DNA of 64,000 bases, taken from assembly GCA_965221065.1 (NCBI GenBank), contig OZ244861.1, positions 2,952,280-3,016,279 on the forward strand. Direction: 5' to 3'. Source of the stretch: Dehalococcoidia bacterium. Lineage in GTDB: Bacteria > Chloroflexota > Dehalococcoidia > Bin125. Position numbers and translations under genes: made by a program. A model generated the notes under the pieces. The model was not told the origin of the DNA. It saw nothing but the letters and a program-made list of their open reading frames with translations, and did not search any database. Positions 9,401 through 17,713 of this stretch are shown here, piece after piece. Position 1 is the first letter of the stretch; each line of letters opens with the position of its first letter.

Positions 9401-12400
9401 TGCGCGTCGGCTGGCGCCTCGTCGCCCAGCATCAACCCGCCCTCGCGGCCGGGCACGAGACTCGCGCCCTCGGGCGCCGCATCCATCCTGTACACCGCGC
9501 CTCCCTGGCGCACGGCGTCCCTGGAGGGTGTCTCCACCAGCGTGATCTCGAACTTCGATGTGGTCGCCCACAGGTTCGCCTCGCGGTCGACGGGCAGCTT
9601 GTACCTGGTCGGCGTAATCCGCTCACCTTCGGTGGGCAGGAACGTGACCCAGACCTGGGCCGGACAGACGGTGTTGTCCAAGCGAACCGAGACCACGCCC
9701 AGCCGGTAGTCGGTCCCGTCGATCGCAGTGGTGAAGGCGCCGCTCGAGTACCAGCGGCCGGCCACGACGACGGGCAGATTCATGAAGCGCTCAGCCGTCG
9801 TCAGATCCGTCCCGTCCCCGAGCCGCAGCCGGAACTCCACCCGGTTGTCCGACAGGCGCCGCGCCTGAATCTCCGCCGTCACGGTCTGACTCGCGGCCGC
9901 GGTCACGGTCAGCTGCACCTGCCGCGTCGCCGGCACCACGCCGGCCGCCTGGTCAGTTGCGGTCACCGTCACGGTCTGGGTGCCGGGCTGCGCTTGACAG
10001 GTCACGGTGGTCGAGCCGCCACTCTGCTCGACCCCATCAACCGTGACTGTGCGCGTGCCCGATCCCCCCGTCACCATCCAACTGACCGTCACCTCGCCGC
10101 CTGTCTCGCAGCTCGTCGGGCTGGCCGAGGCGTTCAAGGTCAGCGGCGGCCAGGCGCTCGCCGTGAGCTCGAGCGTCTTGGTCTGCGTCTGCGCAGTCGG
10201 CGTGCTCGAGTCGGTCGCCGTCACCACAATCTGCTTCGTGCCGACGGCGTCGCAGTCCACCGCGACCGGACTCGCCGCTGCTGCTGTTCCAGCCACCGTC
10301 ACCGTGTACGGCTCCGTGCCGCCTGAGACCTGCCAACTGAGTTGAGCCTTGTCGCCAACCTGGCACGTGTCCGGCTCCAGGGACGCCGTCAAGGCCAGCG
10401 GCGGCGGGGTCACCTTCAGGCTCAGCGACTGCGTCTGGGTCCGTTTGGTCGGAGCGCTCGAGTCGGTTACACCGACCACGATCTGCTGCTCGCCGACCGT
10501 GTCGCACTCCACCTCGGCCGGACTGGCGTCCGCTTCCTCGCCGTCAATCGTCACCGTGTAGGGCTTCACGCCGCCCGTGACTGCCCAACTCAGCTCTGTC
10601 GTCTCGCCCAGCTCACAGCTGGCCGGCGAGACCGAGGCGGTGAGCTCCAGCGGCGGCGGTACCGGCGTCACCGTCAGCGCCAGCGTCTTCGTCACGCTCT
10701 GCTCAGGCTCGCTCGAATCGGTCACGTTGACCACGACCTGCTGCTCGCCCAGCGGGTCGCATTCGACCTGGCTTGGACTCGCCGTCGCCGCCTGGCCGGC
10801 GACCATCACGGTGTACGGCGCCGTCCCGCCCGTCGCGGTCCAACTCACTTCGGCGTTCTGACCCGCCTCGCAACGCGCCGGACTCACGCTCGCCGACAGG
10901 GCCAGAGCTGCCTTCGGTGTCGTGAACGTCGTCTCCGTCCAAGGGCTGTAACCTTTGCGGGAGTTGCTGTAGGCGCGCATCTGCAGCCGATACCCTTGCT
11001 CGCCGTCCAACTCCAGACCGCTGGCCAGGTAGCTCTTGTCCAGATGGGATGGATAGAGCTTCACCACATTGGACGGGTCTGCCGTCGACGCCAGCTCGAT
11101 CTGATAGATCAGGAACTCGCCGGGGTCCAGCGCTGTCCAGCTCAACTGGAATCCGCTCGTCGTCACCTGCGAGACCTCCAGCGCGCAGGGACCCAGACAG
11201 GCGATCGCCTTGCCCGGATCGGAGGCTGCGCCATCGCTGTTGCGTGCCTCGACGCCGATCTCGTAGACGCCCTCTGCCGCAAGACCGCAGAAGCGCAGAG
11301 CGCGTTTGCTATTCGGCGCAGCGCAATCCTTGTCCCCCGCCGTTCCGATCACCGCCGCATCGATCGGACTGCCCGGACTCACGTCAGCCAGGTCTCCTCC
11401 ATACTCCGCGGCGCCGGCCACCGCAGGCCAACTCACCACCACCGAGTAGCTTCCGCCCGGCGCTCCCGACCAGGCGTCGAACTTAACTTCTGCCTGGGGC
11501 GGCGGCGGCGCGGTCTTCATGCTGGAGGCCACGCTCTCCGGGCTCGACTCGCCCTGCGCCAGCGCCCGAACCATGAACCGATAAATCGTGTTTGGCTGCA
11601 ACCGGGTGACTGTCACCGGCGGTCGACCGGTCTCAACGGTGTCCCTGCCGTCAAGGTCGGCTGGCGTGAAACGCACCCGATACGACTCCGCGCAGACCTC
11701 CGACCAGGTCAAGCTGATCGCTCCGGAGCTGATTCCGCCGGCCTCGGCGAAGGGCACCGAAGGCGCCTTGAGCGGCAAGGCGCAGCTGGCGTTGAGCGCT
11801 ACGGGAGCGCCGACCGTCCGGCCGACGCCGTCGGTGACCGCGATCGTCAGCTCGGACGGGCCGTGGCTCGGCGGACAGCGATAGCCGAATGCCCACGTGC
11901 GGCCAGGATGGTCCTTTGTGCGCGACACGCCCAGTTGATCCGTATAGGCATAGGGCCCGGTGCCGCCCGCGAGGTCGAAGTAGGTGGTCGCCTGCTCCCC
12001 GGCGACGCAATTGCGTATGTGTGAGACGTTGGACAGTGTCAACGGCTGCGTCTCGCTGGCCGTGACTTGCGTTCCGCCGCCGTCGTGGCGCAGCGCCCAC
12101 ACCTCGACCAAGCTACCGCTCTTCACACCCGCCGGACAGCTGACCACGAGCGGAGATGCCGTGGCGCTCTGGTCGTAGGCGAACACAGTCAGCGGAGCGC
12201 CGGAATCGGACGCCAGCTTCCAGCCGATCGAGACTGTGTCGCCGGGACTGCAAGTACCGGGCGCAGCGCTGGGCGCGATCTCGAATTTGACCGGCTTCGG
12301 ACGCGCAATCACCTCTACGGGCAGACTGATCGAACGCGATGGAGCGTTCGCTTGAAGTCCCCAGCGAGCCGTCACCGTAAAATTGGCGGCGCCAGCCGTT

Positions 12401-13815
12401 AGGTTGCACTGCGGCAGCGGTGGCAGACCCTTGAGCGTCGGCGGGGGAACGTGCCCTCCGACGATGGCAACAGTCACGCCACTGCCGCTGTCACCGCCTG
12501 TTGCCAAGTAGCTGATCGGTGGCCTGACGGCACCGGTCAGGCAGTACGCATGGTCGATGCTGGCTGAGAGGATCTGGGGGCACGCCTCTCCGCTATCACA
12601 CCAACCTTTGTTGTCGGACTCGTTCCAAACAGCTACGCCGGTCACATGCGCGGGATCGCCGATCGGATGCTGTACCAGCGCTTGCGCCGACAGATTCGGC
12701 ACACAAGGTGACGCCCAGACCGAGTGGCGCGACGCCGTGGGGGCTGCCAGCGAAGCGTCATCGACAAATGCGCTCAGACCCATCCGAAACGCGGAACTGC
12801 CGACCAGACGATATTCCGACGCTAATCCGCCGCAGTCGCGGACCGCCATCATCATTCGGCGCTTGCCGACATTGTCGAAAGCCTTCGCCGCGCCGATCGT
12901 CGACCAGCCGCTGGTCGTCTTCCGCTGTGCCAGGATGTGCGTCGCGTTGTGACTCAACTCCTCGGCCCCATTGTCGCCCCAATGGAAAGTCGCCGTCACC
13001 TGATTCGACGATGTCACAGTGACATCGCCATCCAACCTGACATCCGTCAACGGGCCGATGTGGTAGGCCTCGTAGAAGTCCCGCAGATCACGACCTGTGA
13101 TCACGCCCGGCGTGCGGCAGTTTGGAGTGTCGCCAGCATATGTCATCACGGAGAAGTGATCGTGCAGAGGGTCGACGGCCCTGTCGTGAAAGTGATCACA
13201 GTTATTCGACGGATCACTATCGGGGTCTGCATAGTCTCCGAGCCCGAGCACATGCCCAAGCTCGTGCACCATCGTCGAAACCACGGCGTCGGTGCGGCGC
13301 CAGAGGATCAGAGAGTAGTCGCTGCTGCCCTTGTGCGAAAAGAGTTTCCGATGATTTTCCTTGTCAGGAGTGGAGATATAGCAGGCGGAATCCTTCAGGC
13401 AGTTTGAGTCAGAGGTCACTGCACGCCGAAGCAGAACATCGAAGGTCTCACTCGGTCTACATGGCGTGAGTGTGCCATCAGAACCGTCGTCCACGACTGC
13501 AAGCAGCTCATAAGGTTGATCGACCGCTTCGTTCCATCGCTTCACAGCAACATTCAGCGCTCCAATCAGTGTCAAATCGGAAGTACAAATCGTCGTCGTT
13601 GCCCCTTCAACGACATGCTGGTTGAGGCGGTTCTTTGCGCCGACCCAGGTGCTGGCGTCGGCATGCGATGCGGGGTTGCGTGGTTCGAAGAACCCGCTGC
13701 TGTGACTCGGCGCAATATGCACCTTGCTCTCGGCTTCATATCCGAAGCCACCCAAGACACCAAACGCCGTGGCAAGTCCAACCGCTACGGCATAGAGGAA
13801 TAGACGAACAGTCAT
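6481..13815 (-). CDS. Giant secreted metzincin-type metalloprotease / adhesin (2444 aa)
   Basis: Signal peptide, HELGHVLGLGD zinc motif with SVMTY Met-turn, six FN3-like repeats, one Calx-beta-like domain, at least seven two-Cys Ig-like repeats and three unrecognised modules. Confidence 0.85.
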   Translation of the reverse strand: MTVRLFLYAVAVGLATAFGVLGGFGYEAESKVHIAPSHSSGFFEPRNPASHADASTWVGAKNRLNQHVVEGATTTICTSDLTLIGALNVAVKRWNEAVDQPYELLAVVDDGSDGTLTPCRPSETFDVLLRRAVTSDSNCLKDSACYISTPDKENHRKLFSHKGSSDYSLILWRRTDAVVSTMVHELGHVLGLGDYADPDSDPSNNCDHFHDRAVDPLHDHFSVMTYAGDTPNCRTPGVITGRDLRDFYEAYHIGPLTDVRLDGDVTVTSSNQVTATFHWGDNGAEELSHNATHILAQRKTTSGWSTIGAAKAFDNVGKRRMMMAVRDCGGLASEYRLVGSSAFRMGLSAFVDDASLAAPTASRHSVWASPCVPNLSAQALVQHPIGDPAHVTGVAVWNESDNKGWCDSGEACPQILSASIDHAYCLTGAVRPPISYLATGGDSGSGVTVAIVGGHVPPPTLKGLPPLPQCNLTAGAANFTVTARWGLQANAPSRSISLPVEVIARPKPVKFEIAPSAAPGTCSPGDTVSIGWKLASDSGAPLTVFAYDQSATASPLVVSCPAGVKSGSLVEVWALRHDGGGTQVTASETQPLTLSNVSHIRNCVAGEQATTYFDLAGGTGPYAYTDQLGVSRTKDHPGRTWAFGYRCPPSHGPSELTIAVTDGVGRTVGAPVALNASCALPLKAPSVPFAEAGGISSGAISLTWSEVCAESYRVRFTPADLDGRDTVETGRPPVTVTRLQPNTIYRFMVRALAQGESSPESVASSMKTAPPPPQAEVKFDAWSGAPGGSYSVVVSWPAVAGAAEYGGDLADVSPGSPIDAAVIGTAGDKDCAAPNSKRALRFCGLAAEGVYEIGVEARNSDGAASDPGKAIACLGPCALEVSQVTTSGFQLSWTALDPGEFLIYQIELASTADPSNVVKLYPSHLDKSYLASGLELDGEQGYRLQMRAYSNSRKGYSPWTETTFTTPKAALALSASVSPARCEAGQNAEVSWTATGGTAPYTVMVAGQAATASPSQVECDPLGEQQVVVNVTDSSEPEQSVTKTLALTVTPVPPPLELTASVSPASCELGETTELSWAVTGGVKPYTVTIDGEEADASPAEVECDTVGEQQIVVGVTDSSAPTKRTQTQSLSLKVTPPPLALTASLEPDTCQVGDKAQLSWQVSGGTEPYTVTVAGTAAAASPVAVDCDAVGTKQIVVTATDSSTPTAQTQTKTLELTASAWPPLTLNASASPTSCETGGEVTVSWMVTGGSGTRTVTVDGVEQSGGSTTVTCQAQPGTQTVTVTATDQAAGVVPATRQVQLTVTAAASQTVTAEIQARRLSDNRVEFRLRLGDGTDLTTAERFMNLPVVVAGRWYSSGAFTTAIDGTDYRLGVVSVRLDNTVCPAQVWVTFLPTEGERITPTRYKLPVDREANLWATTSKFEITLVETPSRDAVRQGGAVYRMDAAPEGASLVPGREGGLMLGDEAPADAQRRQSVKTCTDAPTGLAASNLTSSSARLSWGKVAAASEYDVAVGDGASTQLASSKTSYDFSGLAADTSHTLKVRARSWQGASEWSSKVVQTKASAVPVITIAAGVSPVDEGGSASFTVTSDRTLTTALEVKLSVTESGAMISGTPATQVTIAKAAKSATVSVATADDEHDEDDSVVTVTLLSGTGYQLGAAKSAAVTVADDDGQDPQLSLTLTSSSNSCETGGQVTVGWTVAGGSGSYTVTVDGTSQSGASTAVTCQAASGTQTVTVVATDQGDSTLTKTQTLDLTVTVPPLRLTASASPTSCDTGGQVTVSWTVAGGSGAYTVTVDGAKQSGASAKVTCQATAGTQTVTVVATDTADTKLTQTQQLKLTVTKPPGTVQATLRARRLADNRFELGLRLADGTDVSVTKRFANPPSMISGAWKQSETVSATIEGHRYSLGQLSVRLENDRCPSRLELSFLASGGSRLSPAQRFLRTDAKLETWFSGSEFTITLSRSTSASAQESAGDGRSAQHLLDDTPDATNAGPGAEGGSLSGETPSPVPDALAQADAQSSGTPVCPSAPSGLSTRQIATNAIRLSWKAVTGASQYDLRRGNTDVGFVKTTSYQFTGLRSDSSYSLQVRSRDAWGASPWRSVTETTLPEVPDKPTNLRATATKDSLTLSWDGAPRATSYRVRIGTGSNTPPNQPPRGHQFTKLSPNTSYTLAVQASNRGGSSGWAQITIKTKPDPVTLSASVSPTSCEPGDALTVTWTAAGGTGAYRVTVDGSAQTGGSATLTCQQTAGTQTITVVATDATHAELSATRSLSVSVQAPPTVTGRMEARRVSSGRVEVAFRPQGGARILPSGRFYTPDVTKLNRWAASSNVYGPAGSETNRLLGQITVKHVLSGGKYYVDVCFRPAGASTRLCPTPNNFYYAGATEDRWHNTGTVTFSPRRAADGVRGDGAQSGTAQEDILKPPAPGEGDAAGTEGGLMSDQG

Positions 13816-13820
13816 GGATG

Positions 13821-14843
13821 TTATTCGTTGGGGTTAACTGTCGGCGGCTTACCACGCGATGCGATGAATCTGTCAAGGGCTTCATTGATTGACGCAGATC
13901 CATGGTCAGGCCCAGAGATTGCATCTTCGGCCAGCGACGTCGAGCGTGCAAAAAAGCGCCCAATTTCCTCTCCATGGCGATTGATGTGGATCTCGACTTC
14001 AGAGCCCGCGACATGCAGTACCTGGCCCCAACCACCTCCGTCTGCTTCCCACATATCCCCCGGCAAAATCGTTATGCTCTCAGGAACAGTGAATAGGTGA
14101 CCCTCATAGCGGTAGGTCTTACCTGCATTGAGTCGATACTGATGCCACTCCCCCCCACGCATCGTTCCCGCGCCTCCGAGCTGAAGGACTACGTAGATGT
14201 CGATTGATTCAGCCGCGGTTGCACCGGCGGCATCAGTCACAATGGCGTGGATGGTCTTGAGACCTGAGTCGATCTGAGGGTCCTCGCGGTAACGTCGCTT
14301 TTCCTCATAGTCGTCATAAAACACCTTGCCTGGGTTCGGAGCGCAACTGACCGACGCGACGCCGGTCGCTCCTGCATAAGGCCCGCGTCCGTCCCGAGGT
14401 TCGTTGTCGATCGTCAAATGGTACGGTGCAGTACCGCCCGAGACCGCCCAGCGAACCTGCGTTTCCGCCACCCGTCCATACCCAAGGTCCACGTCTGTGC
14501 GACCGACTGGGTTGCCGTCATCGTCGTACTCGAACACTGAGCCAGAAAAGCCCATGCCGCCGCCGGTTTCGCAGTAGGGATTAGCTTCCAGGGTCAGCTT
14601 CAGCTTCTCGCTCGACTCCTCGGGTTCAGCTTCCTGGGGTTTAGCGGCAGGGTCAGATGTGGCGGGCGGGGTGTTCGACGGTTCCGCCGTCGGCTCCGCG
14701 CTTGCAGCCTCCGGCACCGCTGCCGCCTGCCGACCAATCCCGAGCTCGCGACCGATCATCACGACCGAGACGGCCACGATTGCCGCGATCATCACGAAGG
14801 TGCCCGCTTGTCGGACCCCGAACCGCTTAAGGCGTTCCCCCAC
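13821..14843 (-). CDS. Membrane-anchored hypothetical protein with one copy of the two-Cys Ig-like repeat
   Basis: GTG start after GGGGAGGG, TM helix, Pro/Glu linker, LTLEANPYCETG...WAVSGGTAPY...VSC...VTD. Ends 5 nt before the giant gene. Confidence 0.8.
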   Translation of the reverse strand: MGERLKRFGVRQAGTFVMIAAIVAVSVVMIGRELGIGRQAAAVPEAASAEPTAEPSNTPPATSDPAAKPQEAEPEESSEKLKLTLEANPYCETGGGMGFSGSVFEYDDDGNPVGRTDVDLGYGRVAETQVRWAVSGGTAPYHLTIDNEPRDGRGPYAGATGVASVSCAPNPGKVFYDDYEEKRRYREDPQIDSGLKTIHAIVTDAAGATAAESIDIYVVLQLGGAGTMRGGEWHQYRLNAGKTYRYEGHLFTVPESITILPGDMWEADGGGWGQVLHVAGSEVEIHINRHGEEIGRFFARSTSLAEDAISGPDHGSASINEALDRFIASRGKPPTVNPNE

Positions 14844-15340
14844 TCAGGACACCCTCCCCTTGCTTCCCGGAGATTCACGATATCAGAGCGCTACACAGGT
14901 CCACCCTGGGGCAGTTCAAGGCAAGAGACCTGCCTCGGTCGAAAAGTATCTAGCGTTGCGGTTTTCGGCAAAGATCTGAGGCGAAGCTCCGCTTGCCGAC
15001 TGCATGGTGGTTTCGAAGATTCCCAGGCCTAGCGCTTGGCCGTGCGCATTGTCGGCCTCCGGTGACTTCGCAGCCGTCTCTGTAATCTGGCCTGATGTCG
15101 GCTCCTGAGACCCTATCGATGGCGTCGAGAATCGCTCCGCCTGGCTAGCGCCAACGTTGACTAGGGAACGAAAGCGTCGCGTCTCTCCGGGCGGCCACTA
15201 AGAGCAAGGTGATCGCATCTACCCTCGCCGCTGCGCGCCCTCGCTGCCCTCACGGCCCGTGCCTTGGGCTGAGGAATTGCCTGCCTGGATGTCGCAGTAC
15301 TACCTCCCACACGAAAGTTCGCAGTTCGGTACACGACGGT

Positions 15341-15373
15341 CCACCAACCTGCCACGAACCTGCTACCAACCTG
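15341..15373. repeat. Three tandem 11-bp direct repeats (possible regulator binding site)
   Basis: ccaccaacctg / ccacgaacctg / ctaccaacctg. Confidence 0.7.
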
Positions 15374-15455
15374 AATGCGATCTTGCGTCGTATCAGCGAT
15401 CGAGGCGCAGCTCGTACCGTCACCGCCGTTCGATCCTGGCCCTGACGGCGGTATC

Positions 15456-16913
15456 TCATTCTCCACGACGCTCAGGCCCGCTCGAACTCGCACGCACCGC
15501 CGCTGCGCCGCGGCCAACGGGCACTCTGATCGTCACCGTCGTGCCCTGACCCGGACCCGCGCTAGACGCAGTGATGGTGCCCCGGTGCGCTTCGACGATG
15601 GCGCGGGCGATCGCGAGCCCAAGTCCGGAACCGCGGGTGCCTCGAGATCGAGTCTGTTCGGCCCGATAGAAGCGCTCGAAGATATGAGGCAGCTCCAGCG
15701 GATCGATCCCGATTCCGTCGTCGACGATGGATATGCTCACCACCTCATCCGAGTCTGCTCGTGCGCCGAGCACGACATTCCCGCCCGGATCGACACTGTT
15801 GATCGCGTTGACCACAACGTTGCCAAGAGCCTGGCTCATCCGGCCTCGGTCGACTTCGACCTCGGGACAGTCTGTCGGCATCTCTAGCGACAACGACACC
15901 TCGCGAGCCTGCGCTTGCGGCTGCCAGCGCTCCAGTTCGACGCCGATCACCTCCTCCAGCGGCGTCGCCTCCAGTTTGAGCCGCAGTTCTCCGTGGTCTG
16001 TCTCCGCGAGCCAGTCCAGGTCGGTGACGAGACCGCGCAATCTCTCTACTTCCTGGATGATGTGGTCGGATGCGGTGTCCGCCGACTGCAGCCCGTCGCG
16101 CAACCCGGCGGCCTCCAGCTGAATCACACTCAACGGGGTGTTCAGCTCGTGCGATACATCGTTGACCAACCGTCGCCGCAGCTCGCGCTGGCTCTCCAGG
16201 GTCGAACTCATTCGGTTGAAGGCGTCGCTCATCTGGCCCAACTCGTCCGACGTCGTGACCCGCAGGCTGGTCGTGTCTCCCTGTGCGACCGCCTGAGTGG
16301 CCTCGGTCAATGCCCGCACCGGGGCCGTAATGCGTCTCGACAGCCAGATAGCGAGCACCACTGCCAGCCCGACCGTGACCAGGCCTCCAATCAGGATGAT
16401 GTAGAGCAACGTGCTCAGAAATCCATGAGACTCGTTCGAGAGGAGCTCGTGGTTAACGTCGACATAGACCTGTCCGACCGATTGATTGGAAGCCAGAACG
16501 ACCACCGGCTCGCGGTGTCCGTCCAGACTCGAGGCGCTGCTCCCGGGCGGTAGCTCGTCGAAGTTGTCCAGCACTACCTGCCCGTCTACGTCGACAATGA
16601 CGACCCGAATCGGGTCTTGGTGAAGCAGCTCGACGTGGTTCTCCTCACCGCGCTCAGATTGATCTCGGCGAGCTGCCCCTCCGTAGCTGTAGCCGGCTTC
16701 CGCGAGCACCGCATCGGCGGACTGCCAGCCGCCCGCCTCCGTGTAGGCCTCACCCAGACGCTCGCCAAGCCGGCTCGCCTCATCCTCGCCGATCCGATCG
16801 ACGAACACGCCGAGGCGCGACTCGGTGGCGAGATATGCCACTACGGAACTGATCAGAACCCCGAGGATCACCACCAGCACCGTCGCAGCCGTGATGCGCC
16901 CGCGCAGCGACAT
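15456..16913 (-). CDS. HAMP-domain sensor histidine kinase (BaeS-like)
   Basis: Two TMs, HAMP (DELGQMSDAFN), H-box SHELNTPL, N/G boxes (DDGIG, GSGLGLAI). TGATG overlap with the regulator. Confidence 0.95.
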   Translation of the reverse strand: MSLRGRITAATVLVVILGVLISSVVAYLATESRLGVFVDRIGEDEASRLGERLGEAYTEAGGWQSADAVLAEAGYSYGGAARRDQSERGEENHVELLHQDPIRVVIVDVDGQVVLDNFDELPPGSSASSLDGHREPVVVLASNQSVGQVYVDVNHELLSNESHGFLSTLLYIILIGGLVTVGLAVVLAIWLSRRITAPVRALTEATQAVAQGDTTSLRVTTSDELGQMSDAFNRMSSTLESQRELRRRLVNDVSHELNTPLSVIQLEAAGLRDGLQSADTASDHIIQEVERLRGLVTDLDWLAETDHGELRLKLEATPLEEVIGVELERWQPQAQAREVSLSLEMPTDCPEVEVDRGRMSQALGNVVVNAINSVDPGGNVVLGARADSDEVVSISIVDDGIGIDPLELPHIFERFYRAEQTRSRGTRGSGLGLAIARAIVEAHRGTITASSAGPGQGTTVTIRVPVGRGAAAVRASSSGPERRGE

Positions 16914-17593
16914 CACTCTTCCTCCGACACAAAGCGATAGCCAGCGCCGTACACGGTCTGGATCGGCTGTATGCCTTCGTGGCCGATCCGTCTGCGCAGG
17001 CGGGCGACCTGGCTGTCAATCGCCCGGTCGAAGCCGTCGAACTCGTCCTGAAAGGTCAACGAGATCAACTGATCACGAGTCAGCACCTGATTTGGGTGCC
17101 GCATGAACGTCGCGAGCAAGGCAATCTGCGCCTGGCTTAAGTCGACCGGCTCTTCATTGACTGTGACCGTGCCCGCCGTCTCATTCAGCCTGATGTTCCC
17201 GCTGGTCAGCAGCTGCTGCACCTTGCCCCGCGCGCGCCGCAGCACGGCCTCCGATCGGGCGATGACTTCCTTGGGATCGAACGGCTTGACGATGTAATCG
17301 TCGGCCCCGCTATCCAGTCCAACGATTCGCTGGGCGGGAGCTTCCCGCGCGGTCAGCATGATGATCGGCACGTCCGATTCCTGGCGAAGGATCCTGCACA
17401 GGTCAATGCCGTCCAGGCGTGGCAGCGTGAGGTCCAGGATGATCAGGTCCGGCGCCAGGCGGCGGGCCTGATCCAGCCCCGTCTGACCATCATGTGCGAC
17501 GTCGGCCGTGTAACCGGCTCGCTCGAAGTAAATCTGTACCCATTCGGCGATTCTGGTGTCGTCTTCAATGATCAGGACTTGGCCGCTCATCAT
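16913..17593 (-). CDS. OmpR/PhoB-family response regulator
   Basis: IIEDD...ILDLTLP...GADDYIVKPF receiver and winged-helix IQTVYGAGY. Confidence 0.95.
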   Translation of the reverse strand: MMSGQVLIIEDDTRIAEWVQIYFERAGYTADVAHDGQTGLDQARRLAPDLIILDLTLPRLDGIDLCRILRQESDVPIIMLTAREAPAQRIVGLDSGADDYIVKPFDPKEVIARSEAVLRRARGKVQQLLTSGNIRLNETAGTVTVNEEPVDLSQAQIALLATFMRHPNQVLTRDQLISLTFQDEFDGFDRAIDSQVARLRRRIGHEGIQPIQTVYGAGYRFVSEEE

Positions 17594-17713
17594 CGTTCCT
17601 TGCGCCGATTCCGCAAGGACGCGACGCCCGGCGAGGGCGCCGCGTCCGCCGAGTCGGAACTGCGCGGATTGTATTCCTTGCAGCTCCCGCTCATGCGCGG
17701 GGCAGGGTCGGTC

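Noticed and set aside
6073-12024. Long plus-strand ORFs (397, 560 aa and others) opposite the giant gene, and similar antisense ORFs across the window
   Set aside because: Shadow frames expected from high-GC codon bias; no recognisable motifs.
15422-15452. Hairpin (accgccgtt...gacggcggt) after the kinase stop as an intrinsic terminator
   Set aside because: Large loop and no U-tract; cannot be supported from sequence alone.
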